Shown here in pieces: positions 51,290 to 64,000 of a stretch of 64,000 nt of DNA. Below the pieces are notes generated by a model. The model did not search any database and was not told the origin of the DNA. It saw only the letters and a list, made by a program, of their open reading frames with translations. The position numbers and the translations under genes are program-made. This DNA comes from Utricularia gibba. Its lineage: Eukaryota > Plantae > Magnoliophyta. The number at the start of each line of letters is the position of its first letter. Position 1 is the stretch's first letter. The stretch lies in the NCBI GenBank assembly GCA_002189035.1, contig NEEC01000021.1, forward strand, positions 434,001 through 498,000, read 5' to 3'.

Positions 51290-51689
51290 CTCTAGACAGT
51301 CTCCTGAGATGTTTTGATCAAAGAGTGAGAAAAAAGATATAAAATATATACAAAAAAGGAAAATAGGAAATTTCTAATAAAAATCAAATACTTAATAATA
51401 AGACTCCTAATTGAGCGACTTAGCACTAGATTAATACATAATAATACCTAAATAATAATTAGAAAATGACACTTAACAAAATTTAAATAATCTTACATAA
51501 TGAGGTGTTTCTTCACCTATAGATAAAAGTGCAGGCCTAAATATAAAAACCTTTTGTATTGAGAATCTCTCTAAGGTAACATACTTTTCACTAGAGTTTT
51601 TTCAAATGAAAAGAGAACATATTCACCACCATGATACTATTCAAAGTGGAAAGTTTTTAATATCGAAAACATTCTTTCTTTTGTTCATA

Positions 51690-52172
51690 TCCTTTGAGAG
51701 GATACTTTCATCCTTGTGTAAGTGACAACTAAACCACAAGACACATGGCTTACGATGAATCAACAAGTAATGATAACTCAAAGACAGTATCTCCGTACAC
51801 TCTTCAAAATCAATGACTTCGATCAAATTTCTTTCAACATTCTTCCAGTATTCCAAAGCAATATTGGATTTGATTTGAAAGCAACCCAAAATATGATCAA
51901 TGACATAGGGAACCCTTTGTAGTTCTTGACAATTTATCTACCAAGTTGCTCCAACTCTCATGGACATTTACGCCACCCAAAGATCTTTTCTCAAAGTAAA
52001 TTGCAATTTGATTCTTTGTCTAAGACTTCAATAAAAAATTGTTTATCCGAGTTTTTGATGTTTGCCATATCCCTCTTTCTGATAGTAATGACAACTCGAC
52101 TCTTATTTTGATTGTTTGACAAAAATTTCTTCAAGTATTCCCATGCAACACAAGTTATGAACTACACATCAT
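51690..52172 (-). pseudogene. NB-ARC fragment of the same NLR paralog (kinase-2 to RNBS-D)
   Basis: Alignable to ~39478-39950 of the intact NLR: NIALEYWKNVERNLIEVIDFEECTEILSLSYHYLLIHRKPCVLWFS; frameshifts present. Confidence 0.88.
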
Positions 52173-52397
52173 TGTTTTCATTTGTATCAAATTAATATTT
52201 TCTCCTTATTTTTATGATTTTAAAAAATAACATTTAAAAGCAAATTGATTTAAAATTTTGTGTGTTACCATAATCTATTTCAGGTAGCACAAGTTATAAA
52301 TGTAATGCACTGTAAATCCAAACATACAAATTTTTGCATTACCGTAATCTATTTGGTCATGGTGCATGTGGCTAATGTTGCTAAAAGGGATTCCCCA

Positions 52398-55300
52398 TGT
52401 CACAAGCTCAAAGATAAGTCTAAGGGAAAGTATTTCCCACAAAAAATAACATTTACAATATAGTAAGAAAACGCGTCCAATCCCAACATCACACAAAACA
52501 TTACAAGAGAAGGCAGATACAACAAAAAACAAGCACCGCATAAGGCACAAATCTCGGGTCTCCCCTCAAGCTCGATTAACCTGCTGGTGCCTCCCCAATA
52601 GTACCATCCGTGATCGCTCCATCATCCAAATCTTCACATGAAAAGCAAGGGGGTTAGTCGTGGTAGGGCGCTCTATCTTATGTAATGCCCCATGTTCAGA
52701 ATCCCCATAAACTAACATGGTAATGTTACTATTTGGTTGTGCTGCATACAGTCGGCACTGCCAATAGCAATTCACGTAATAAAAATAAGACAAGCTCGGG
52801 CCGAAAATCACCTTGCACATATATAAGGCTAAACAGTATTCCATGACATGTCACAAGGGAAGGCTCTTCCCAATACAAGCAAACCAACAAACATCAACCT
52901 AATAACCTCACATGGAGGCACTCTCTACATGTGCATGCTCAAAATATGACCTCCGACTACCCCCAAGCCTCGGCTATCCCGTCAGCGCACCTTCCTCGAC
53001 CACCCCTACGGTCGACCCAGTGTCTGGTCCTACACACGAGAACACATAAGGGGGTTAGTTTCATGGTAGGAAGCCTCATTCCCTGTTGTGACCCCGTCTT
53101 GGTCGCCGTTCAAAGCTTTTGCCCAAAGGCTCGTGGCTACCATCCCGTGGGTTCGCTCACATTGCCGAAAAACTGAGTTTCAGAAAATGGAAACCCACGT
53201 TGCCCTTGCTCGCTCGAGCTCCAGCTTCCACAACCTCGGTGAACCCCGAGTTGCCGTCAGTGTTCAGTCACAACCAACCCTACTCGAAGACTCTCATCCT
53301 CTTGCCCAACCCGGTATGCAAGGATAAATCCTCTTTCCTTCGCTACCTCTGATGACTCCTTGGCACTTCGTGTCTGTTTTCACCGTGTTCGCACCATCGT
53401 TGCTCCTTCCTCTCGGCTGATTCGTTCTCTATGCTCGTCCGATCAAGCCCTAATTTCCGTCCTCAAATTGATTAAGTGAGTTAAGTCCTATGTCTAGGTT
53501 GCGAGCGGGTCGTGAGCAGAAAGTTTTCCCTACCCATGTCCCTGCCCGACTGCCCGACATTTCTCTTTCCCTTGATGCTCACCTTGCATGCCTTCCGTGC
53601 AAGTGGGTGGTGAACGACGTTGGGCCATGAACTCTTCCAGCACGTTATGGTCATCACGTCGCACGATAACATTTTCCACCCCCTTCCCATTGCGATTGAT
53701 ACGCGTCCGATTACTAGTAAGGGTTATCATGACTTACTCTCACACTACCCTAGCTCACGATCATTACAATCTTATGCCTAGTTGCACACAAACAATGCTA
53801 ACTCACCCAATGACTCCTTTGGCTACAAGTCCCATGAGTAAGTTGCATTGCCATCGATAGCATGTTCTGGTTGCACAACACCCGTGCTGACCCCACCCTT
53901 AAGGCTCACGACTTCATGACCTCACCCCACCTAGTTGCCGCTGATGTCTTGGCCGGACACCAACCCCACACACTAGGGCTCGTGAAGCCCTTCACTGATT
54001 GTATGCCCTCGGGCACCATGGCTGGTCTTGCAAGTGACGGCCCACACTACATGGCTTACGTCGTGACATGTCTTCAATTCTCAAATTGCAATGCCACCAC
54101 CATCACTTCAGTTGATGTACACCAAGCTAGTGATGAGGTTTGCCTTGATCTATCTCCGACTCTAAATATGGGGTCATTACATTATCCCTCCCCCTCCCCC
54201 TTTTAGAGATTTTACCTAAAAATCGTACTTCGAAATAGTTGGGGATGTTGATGTTGCATATATAGCTCCATTTTTCATGTGGCATTCTCTATACCCAAGT
54301 TCGCTCATTGCATCTTCAATCACGTGATCGCACATCCCCGTTGCATGGTGACCTTTCTTCCAAATATCTTTAGTGGTCTCACTCGATAATTGAGGTTCTC
54401 TTCAATATGGAACTCAAGTTTCCTAAATTCCATCCTTAGGTCCGGAATCTGTTTCCGAAATTGAGAGATATGAAAGACATTATGCATTTCCACCAGCTTA
54501 GAAGAAAGATTGATTCAGTAGGCCATACTCTCTATAATATCTCATATGAATCAATGAAAGATGGTCCCAACTTGCCAACTTTTATACTGCCTTTGCCTTT
54601 GATCAGCCCAACTCTTGTGCTACCTTTAGTCTTCCTCGAATGACCTTAAGTATATTCTCCATCTCTTGAATTAGTTCATGTCCTGTCAATGCTCATTTGC
54701 CCACCTCATCCCAACGTAATAGTGTTCTGCACTTTTGACTATACAATGATTCGTACGGCGATGTCGCCAAACTTTCTTGGTAAATGTTATTGTATGCAAA
54801 CTCTCTCAAGAAGACATGCTCATCCTCATCCCTGGGAAATTCCAAAGTGCTCACCCATAGCAAATCTTCCAAAACTTGAATTGTTCGTTCTGATTGGCCA
54901 TCCATCTCAGGGTGCATGGCAGTATTCATGATCAATTTGCTCCACATGGCTCCCTGTGAGGCTTATCATAGTCGGGACGTAAACCTTACATCTCAGTTTG
55001 ATACAATACTCACTACGCGCAATGCAGTCTCACCACTTTAGCGACGCATACATAAGCCAACCTAGAGATGCTTCACTTCGAGTGGATCAGGATGAAATAA
55101 ATACTCTTCGTCAACTTGTCCACTATGACCTATGAAGCATTGTGCTCAGTCCTTGTCCTCGACATGCCCATCACAAAGTCAATCACTATCTATTCTCACT
55201 TATACTTCAGTATCTTTAGCAGTTGTAATAATCCACCCAGTCTTTGTTTTTTCGCTTTAATCCATTGGAAGGCCAGACACTCACTCACAAATTCCGCAAT

Positions 55301-58020
55301 CTCCTTTTTCATCCCTCAACATCAATATTTGTTGCGGACATCTGAATACATTTTCATTCCTCCAGGTGCAACTTGTATCCTGCCTCGTGGTCTTCCCCTA
55401 ATATCACTTCCCACAAGCTGTATTCCTCCAGGGTGCAACCGTCTCAAGAAGGGTTCTCGACCCGTGCTTGCCATCTCAAAGATGTGGCGATTGGCCATGG
55501 CTTCTTACGCCTTCAAGATCCTTGTGAGTAGGCTAGTCTTTGCCTAAACAATTGTATGCAGTTGTCCATTCCACACTACCTCAAGCCGCATCTGCTCAAT
55601 TTCTGCTTGAATCTCATTCCCTCCTAAACTACTACTAAAACCATCCGCCAGCACATTCACCTTGTTCAAATAATAGTTGACATATTAGTAATACTTCAAT
55701 AATTCTAGCCATCGTCATTATCTCATATTGAGTTCCTTCTATGTAAACACATACTTAACGCTTTGATGGTCAGTGTATAACTCAGACTACACCCCTAATA
55801 GATAGTGTCACTAGATCTTCAAGGTGAAGATTACCGCGGCCATCTCCAAGTCATGGACCAAATAATTCCTTTCATGATTTTTCAAATGCCTCGAAGCGTA
55901 GGCTATTATCCTACCTTCTTGCATTCATGTATACTTGATAATCCTTACCCATGTCAGGCTGTTAAGATCGGTGTTCACATCAAGTCTTGCTTTATGTAGT
56001 CAAAGCTAGTCTGGAAGTCATCCATCTACGCATATGCTTGGTTCTTTTTTAGCAATTCTGTCAACTGTTGAGCCTTCTCAGTAAAGGACTCTATAAACCT
56101 ACAATAGCATTACTAGAAAACTCCGCACGTCCCACACATTTTGGGGTGTCACCCAAGCCATGACGGCCGTCATCAATACTTCTAAGAAGAATTCACAATC
56201 AGCCACTTAATATATAATCTCTTCTCTCACAATCTCTCCAATATCGTCCAAAGGTGCCTCCAATGACTCTTGAGGTTGGGTGGATAGACCAATATGTCAT
56301 CTATAAATACTACAACGAATTTATCTAAGTAAAGTTGGAACACTTTGTTCATCAAATCCATAAACGCTTTGGGTGCATTAGTGTGACAAAACAGTAAAAC
56401 AACAACTCGTAGTGGTCGTATCTCGTCCTAAATGCTGTCTTTGAAATGTCCTCCTCCCCAATCTTCAATTGGTGGTAACCTAAGCAGAGGTTGATTTTTG
56501 AGAATACTGTGACCCCTTTCAACTAGTCAAACAAGTTATCGATTCGGGGTAGAGAATACCAGTTTCGAACAATAACTTTATTTAGCTCCCTGTAGTCCAC
56601 ACATAATCTTAGAGAACTCTCCTTTTTTCTCACGAATAGCATTGGTGCTCCCCAAGGCAACGTACTAGGTTGGATGAAACCCTTCTATAACATTTCTGCT
56701 AGTGCCATTCAAATGAGGTGTGAAATATGAGCTTAGTTCCTTCTACCAGGTCAATCTCAAAGGTGACCTCCCAATCGGGCATCTAACCCGATAGTTCTTT
56801 AGAAAACACATCTCAAAACTTCTACAGCAGCTCTTCCATCCCCTCTATCGATTCCCTATTCAAGGTTTTAGGTAGATAAGCCAATAGGTAGTATCCTTTG
56901 TCCTCTCCAATCATTTCAAGACAGTGATTTCCCTCCGTCGGGTTATACTTCCATATTTTTCGCGTTCATCCTTGAACTAGATCACTCACTCGGCACTGCT
57001 CAGTATTGATGAAGTTAATCCAATCCTAAAATGACATCATTTCCAATAATATCCAATTCTATTAAATTTACCTTAGCCTTCATTGTTCCTAGACACAGTG
57101 GCACCTTAGTATACTTCTGTTGGCCATACAATATCTTGTCTCCCGGCATCCTTGCTTCGAACACTTGGACCAGTTCCTGCCCCTCTAGTCCCAACCGTTG
57201 CGTGCATTCCCTTGTAATAAAGGAATGTATGATCCTACAATCGAATAAACTTGTAATAATATTTCCCAAGAGGAGCATACCTAGTATGTCCTTGTTGTCC
57301 TTCACCTCCACATAATCCAAGTCTTAGATCCATCCTCCACCCCGATGTGTCAAGTTCTGTGCTGCCCTCATTTCCTTCCCTGGGCAATTCCAAGCGGTAT
57401 GTCCCCTCTGCCCACAACTAAAGTGAGTATCACCCCTATGGCGCCGCCCACACTTTGCGAATCCCATGGGAGGTATCCCTCCACTTGGCTTTGGGCTCGC
57501 CACACTTGCCTCAGGTTTACGCTCCCTCAAAGTGAACCTCTTGTTACAACTCTCATCGATCGCCCCCACCTTTGTTTCCATCAATAGTGCAATTCGAAGT
57601 AACTCTTCAGGGATTTCGGCAGCCATGGAGACAAGTCGTTCCCTCAATCGTGATAAGAATGCCTGTCGGAATTTGAGCATCATGGGATGCTTACTATCCA
57701 TCATTCCCGAGGTAAAATGCAATAGTCATTGGAAGTGCATATAGAATTCGTAGGCCGTCTCCAGCTCCGCTACCTTTTGCATTAGGACAACATTCAAGTA
57801 GTACCTATCGAGGAATCGTTTCTTAAATGTTGCTCATTCCACTACCACCCCCGTGCTCGCAAGGCTTCTCCACCAACATGTAGTCTCTCCCACTAGGAAT
57901 CTACTTCCATCCTCCCTCTTAGCTCCATCGGCGTGTTGTGGATTCGTAGGTTTTGTTTGAGCTTCATCAGCCAAGAGTCTGCCTCATCAGGTCAGCATTC
58001 TTCCCTTCTTAAGGTGCAAA
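52398..58020 (-). mobile_element. Ty3/Gypsy (Tekay/Del-like) retrotransposon, 5'-truncated and decayed; 3' LTR ~54181-52398
   Basis: gag zinc knuckle FSCGQRGHTAWNCP, aspartic-protease-like region ...LFDCRIIHSFI...NDVILGLD, RT/RNaseH relics, integrase HPEMDGQSERTIQVLEDLL...EFAYNN, polypurine tract AAGGGGAGGGGGAGGGATAA followed by TGTAATGACCCC; LTR end TGTGACA at 52398 inferred. Confidence 0.88.
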
Positions 58021-59243
58021 AAGTGCATCCTATTAGCATATAACAATAATATGGTTTTACTATACAATTTTCTTTTGAGGTATTTGAGTGAATTGAGTTT
58101 ATATATTTTATTTTATGTGAAAATTTATAAATTGCATAACAACCTGAATTTTTCGTTTATCACTATTGCTACGTGTTCTAAGAATCAAAGAGTTAGAAGT
58201 TTACTTTTGTTATTTGATTGAAGTTATACAAATGTGGTTTATACTTCGTGTATTTTTAGTATTTTTTGGATTTCTTCTTTTCATTAGACTATGAAACTAG
58301 TTGAGGTATATCATTATATTTTCTGTGTTTAATCATGAATCTTTTTTTATGATACACATAATGAGACTAATGGGAATGTGATGTTCCATGGTTAAGCTGG
58401 GGATGGTCTGCAGCTGGCCTCCCAGCAGTCTCGCCGGGTTCCCTACCGCCGTTTTTCTTGCCAGAAATTCATGACATAGAGTAAGAATCTATATACATGC
58501 TTTGTTAATAGATTACCTATTTTTTTTAAAAAGCTCTCCAAAATTTATTAAACTAAGATACAAATCCTCTTTACTATTTAGATATATGTGGAGAATTTGT
58601 AATGAATTATAATGAAGAAGAACATGAGATTGAGATTGAGAATGGCAAGAATTATGTTGATGTTGATAAACATGAATCATCATATTGGTATCCTCCAATG
58701 TCACAATGTAAAGATGACATCGCAACTAGTTTCTTTATATCAAGGAACTAGCCATCCATTAATAGGAAAAAGTATATCAATAACAATGAATATAGATCAC
58801 ATAAGAAAAAATTTATTGAAAGCATGAATGATTCAATTGAAGGGCTTCAATATAAATTTGGTTATGATGCTATAATGATGGAGGGGAAGAAAAAATAGAT
58901 AAAATTTTGTTTGAATTGCCCTTGAAGATTGAAGAATCCAATTGTATCGCAATTGGTAAAACAATTATATCTAATCAACACAAGATGATCCTATTTCTAA
59001 TGATAAATGAATCACTTTGAAAGGTGATGGTGTTTGATCTTATGTGTATTTCATTTTAGTCTTTGAAGTATTATTTGTTTTTGTATCTTTTGGATTGTGT
59101 AGTATTTTTTTAATTTAAAAGATTGTATAGTATTTTTCTATTGGTATTGTGGAAGATACTATGCTGATGGTGATTTTTGAATGTATTTATCACAAAAAGC
59201 ATCAAATAATCATATAAAATGGCCCATGTGTAATTATTTCTTG

Positions 59244-59774
59244 CAGTGTTTTAAAACTATGAATTTGACGCATGATTCAACCAATTAGATACGAATCAAT
59301 ATTTTAGTAGGTTAGATCCAATTCTGTTTTCTTACTTTTAATTTCTTAATTTTTTTTAACTTTTTACAGTTTATTTAATAGATATATTTTAGAATAAACA
59401 GAAGCTATGTTACAAATATTTGATATGTATATTTTAATTAAATCTTAATAAATAAATATATATTTTTTTTTCTTTTAACAGTTTAGAATAATCATTTGTA
59501 TTTGGATTACATATTATTTGAATGAGATATGTGACAATGAAGATGATTTTGTAAATGTTTTTTAATATAATTGTGTCGAGTGTTTAGTTATATACTTTTA
59601 ATTTTCTATATTTTCAATATTTTAATGTAGTAAATTATAATTTTATAATCATATTCTAATATTTTAATAAATATAATTAAAAATTAATGAACCCAATTCA
59701 ATCCATTTTAAAAAGATTCAATCCGAAATCATAATTAAACGGTTTAATAGATTTACCTCATTTTTAACACACTG
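59244..59774. mobile_element. hAT-like MITE (~531 bp)
   Basis: TIRs CAGTGTTTTAAAAC / CAGTGTGTTAAAAA (12 of 14 match); flanking 8-mers ATTTCTTG and GTTTGTTG (6 of 8 match) consistent with an aged 8-bp TSD. Confidence 0.55.
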
Positions 59775-60205
59775 GTTTGTTGGACTGAGGAAAAGAGCAA
59801 TCCGTGACGGATGAGCCTCAGTCAAGGCATCTGTCTATCTTCCTGCCTTCAATACCCAAAACGGCACAGGTCTCCCCCCTGCCGTGCACCGCCATGACCA
59901 GAAGCTTCAATGCCGGAAACCCTCAAATACACACTCCTGGACTATTCTTCAAAATTGCTGTTGGGTTAAAATATCAGGTACTCATTGCTTCCAAGTTACG
60001 TTGTTACAAGACACACATGGACACGTTAGAGCAAATTTTACTCTCGCTCTGCTGCTCCCCAAAGGGTGTTAGACTATCGTCTGTACATACCCAAAGGTGG
60101 AAAATGAAATCCTTTTGGGTCGCTTCTAGCCTGCACCCTGTGTGTCTAAGTGCATATCTTGTTTTCTTGTACTGCAGTCATCCTGTTCCTGTCACAGCAA
60201 CACTC

Positions 60206-63200
60206 TCACTGAATTTCATCGTTGCTGCTGTAACTCCCACGCTGTGCCGCTGTGGGTTGTCTTATTCTATCAAATATTTCCTCCAACGTCTCAGAAGGAG
60301 ATGCCGGAATCTGCTTATCTCCAAACTGGTTCAGGGGAATGAACCTTCTAGCCTCTAGAGTCGCCTTCATGTTGCTCAACCCAGTCTTCATGGATTCCCA
60401 AGTGGATGTGATCCGCCAAGGCGTCGTGCCGGAGTTGTCAACTTCACCTAACACGGTGCCCACCCCCGGCGCTCCGACTCTGTAGCCATCACTGATGGGG
60501 TTACTCTTCTCAGACACAGGCTCTGAGTGTGCATGGTGGTGATGGCGATGCCGGTGGCTTGAGCCTTCCTCAATCACGAGCCTTGATGCTTGTGAGCCGT
60601 GAGGAACCTGCAAAAGAATGGCTGGCATTCACTGGAATTGATCTCCAATGCGAAGAAGACGATCAAAGGAGCTCATTTACATACGGAGGAGGAGCCATCC
60701 TCACTTCGTTCAAGATCTGCGGCTGCAGAGCTGAAGCTTCTAGCTAATGGGACGATAAGTTCGCCAACATTGTACCCTTGTTGAAGCCATAACCTTTCTG
60801 GGAAAGTAAGCAGGAGGTTGAAGATGCAACAAACCATCTAAGTGAATCATCAGATTGCAGAACTTTCATTACCTTTGTTCAAGATCAGTAGCCCAGACGG
60901 ATCGAACCCATCGAGATCTTCAGATTCCTCGTGAAGAAACTTGAAGACTTTCCAGTTGCCGAAGTATGCTATGGCATGATCAATGAAATTTGCAGCTATA
61001 AATATGGTGTAGATGACCATGATAAGGGGGTAGATTTTGTTGAATCCTTTCCCAAAGAAGGGAACTGCATCATCAATATTTCCCATTCTCTGCGTGAAAT
61101 GTGCAGTCAGATGTTTTTTTCAACTGACAGGAGACAGAGAAGTGATGCTTGCATCTAGTTAGTTCCTACTGACCTTTTCAAATACAGTCTTGGCTCCATT
61201 GTCAAGATGAATGAGGTTGAGGAAATTGTAGGAAATCGGGGGAGCGTAACGAGCCACCATCCTTGACAAGATAACTTGCCATTCGATACTCGAAGAACGA
61301 ACTAAGAAAGGAGAGCATTGAGAAAAGAGGAAAGACAACTTACGAGCATATCATCAGCAAACTAACTGAACTCGTTTGTTGTGGAGTCAGGGAGTAGAAA
61401 GTCAGCATTCCGATCTTGAATAAGGAGTAGTAGGTGCAGATGCACATGTACATCAAGGGGATAAAAGCAGCAATCTGTGATGCACGAAACAAATGCAAAA
61501 TCATTTTTCATGTGCACAAACTAACGAAATGCTCGAGTTGTGAGAGACAGTCACCTGCACAAGCACTTCATTCTTCTCAAAAGTGTTGATCAGGATTGAG
61601 AAGAGAGACAGATCAACACCACTGGGCAGGATTGTGGCCTCTGCAAGAAGTATAGCAGCTGACAAGCACCCCAATATGATGGCCAAAAGTCTCTCAAGCC
61701 ATTGTCTTAAGACACATCGCCATGCAAACTCTGTGTAGAAGCGTCACAAATCAGTGAGAATATCATTTTGTTCTCAAACCATCATCACCAGTATCCAAAT
61801 GAATGCTGAAGCCAGAGACATTTTTGTTTAAAAAGGTTCAGGATTGGTGGGCAAGGAAGTTACTGGGCTGGTAGCTAAGGATGATCATTACCAATAACAT
61901 CAAGAGATGAACCAAACCTCCCCTTGCGTTCCGGCCTGAAGCTTGATATGTATTTCCTGCGGAGAAAAAGATGCTTATATATAAGAATCCTTTTACAGCT
62001 AAAATGGCCGACAACAAATAAGAATATTTTCAGTGATGCATTGCAGCAGCAACCAAGATGACATTGATGAATCACCAAATGAAACGATGCATTCCATGGA
62101 ATAGTTGAAGAGAAGCAGATGCATACCATCCATTGGGGCCACGATATTCATAACTCTTTATGATGTCCTCTAGTTCTAGAGCCTCCTTCACAAAATTCAC
62201 ATATTCACTGCATTTCATAAGTAAAGGTTAAAACATTCGCATGCAGGTAAACAATTTGCATCTATCCACCTTTTATAGCGATAATACTGCTCACGAGCTT
62301 TTCTCAGTTGACGCCTAAGAGATGCCATAGTTTTTTTATCTGTGTCATAATCCATGTCATTTTCCCCTAACTTCCCACCCTGAGGTTTAAAAGTGGGATC
62401 TTCACTGAGCTGCAACCCATTTCAAACCAGCGACTTAGAAGTGTGAGGATCACTTAAATCTAGGGGAAGATAAAAAGAGAGGGAAATATGATAACCATCT
62501 GAATCAACATTTTGTCAATGACACCCATATATGGCCTCAGGGGATCACGCCTTGCCATCTGCTTAGAAGTTGCTTGAGCAACCTATCAATGAATATGGTA
62601 GAAAAGCAACTCATATTAGGAAACATCATGAAGAATCACAACACACCAGTGTGGTTAGACAGATACTGAACAATAACAATTCTTGGCTTGGAGGCCTTGG
62701 TATGAACTCAGATCTCTCTTGATGGCTTAAGATGCAGTGAGAAGAAAGCCTGAAATAGGGATACTTACCACGATTGAATTTGAAAATTCCTGGTGGGCAT
62801 CATCATACTTGACAGCCATTTTAGATACTTTGTGAGAAAGCATCTTATGTCGAGATGCCCAATCAGCATGTCTCCAAATACCTCTTGGGATTTCATTCAA
62901 AGCAAAACCCAAAAGAAAAGCTCCAGTAACAAGACCAAATGTATTTGAGCATGCCATGGCAAAGCCCAAGATGCTTCCAGCCCTGCAAACAGATGATCAA
63001 TGTACGTTTAGAGAGAAAAAAAAAATAGCCAAAAGGCTATGAATCAAAAAAAGTATTGCTATCTATCACGTCTTCAGAACTGACACATGAGATTTGTTTA
63101 ACAATATCTTCAAATTTAGTTTTCAGCTAATCTTCTGCAGTTTAATGATGCAGCTCTCTAATATAAAAATGTCCATCTCTGTTGACAGATGAACGTGGAT

Positions 63201-64000
63201 GATGGCAAACGGAGCATATGAAGAACTATATTTGAAAGAATAAGAAACATACCAATTCCTATGGAAAATAACCAACAGTATAACTCCAAAGAGTGCAATA
63301 GAACCAACACAGAAATAGTAGATCAGGTTCATATGAGCACTAGTCCTTAGCCTATCCCGGATCGTGAAGTCACCAGAATCTTCATAACCCTGAATTAATG
63401 GTACCACAGCCCTGCTTAGGAGAACAACTTCGATAAATCTATGAGGGGAAATAACATGGTTTTCACTAATGGAAAGTGATGTGGTGAAACATGAATAGCC
63501 TCTCAAACTCTTGAGTTCCATCAATCATTCGGATGAATCTAGGAAACATACCACGTGAGCAAAAATGTGCTCCAATAAGACCAGCTCCAGAAGAACGATA
63601 TACCTGTTTTTTCATGATTGGTAATCGTCTGCACCATAAAAGCAGAAAACAGTTATCCCAAAGAAAAAGAAGAAATTCATCATCCTCTTGTCGAAAGGCA
63701 TGTAGCACATTTGACACACAGGTTGTATTGGCACCAGCTAAATCTGCGGAATGCATATTTGAGTTTAAAAAATACATGAAACCAAACAAGCGAAGAAAAA
63801 TATGGAAACCCAAATCGTCAATCTGCGTGCATTTTTCGTCGAAAGGAACAAGAAAAAAAAAGAAACAAATAGATCAGATCAACCCAGATCGCAAAACTGA
63901 AGAATAATACAGAAAATAGGAACGTGGGGAAGAAAACTAACAGCCCATATGTCAGCTGGCACAAGGATGATGATGGAGAGGGAACAAAACCATGCATATC
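60206..64000 (-). CDS. LMBR1-domain-containing membrane protein (LMBRD2-like), multi-exon, 5' end beyond window
   Basis: YAWFCSLSIIILVPADIW at window edge; AVVPLIQGYEDSGDFT..RL; GFAMACSNTFGLVTGAFLLGF; KPQGGKLGENDMDYDTD; VARYAPPISYNFLNLI; MGNIDDAVPFFGKGFNKIYPLIMVIYT; ends ...SSNDEIQ at 60206. Confidence 0.92.

Noticed and set aside
58380-58830. GC patch and short ORFs after the Gypsy truncation
   Set aside because: No recognisable motif; short AT-biased ORFs are expected by chance.
1-64000. tRNA, rRNA, CRISPR arrays, organellar insertions
   Set aside because: None recognised by eye; a tRNAscan/Rfam/organelle BLAST run would be needed to exclude short degraded copies.

Overview
Flowering-plant nuclear genomic window. 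The R1A/R1B-type NLR suggests an asterid, possibly Lamiales. Bases 1-37 kb are a compact, gene-dense block with many ~70-80 nt introns: XTH (+), PDAT (-), ankyrin-DHHC S-acyltransferase PAT23-like (-), a degraded MsrB pseudogene (-), an uncharacterised single-exon protein (-), bromodomain/ET factor GTE (+), mitochondrial HSP70 (-), dynamin-related DRP3 (+), a deleted PIF/Harbinger element, and an NPH3-family gene (-). Bases ~37-60 kb are an accessory island: one intact single-exon CC-NB-LRR gene, a second PIF/Harbinger element with intact termini, and a paralogous NLR pseudogene split by a Copia remnant and an LTR-like fragment, followed by a 5'-truncated Gypsy (Tekay/Del-like) element and a hAT-like MITE. 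The window ends inside an LMBR1-domain gene (-). No tRNA, rRNA or CRISPR features were recognised. I found no convincing wholly new system. The best leads are the NLR N-terminal architecture (apparent duplicated CC segment plus a downstream micro-ORF resembling its own N-terminus), the MsrB loss, and an unexplained 2-oxoglutarate-dioxygenase-like relic next to NPH3. All calls come from reading the sequence and recalled family knowledge; no searches were run.
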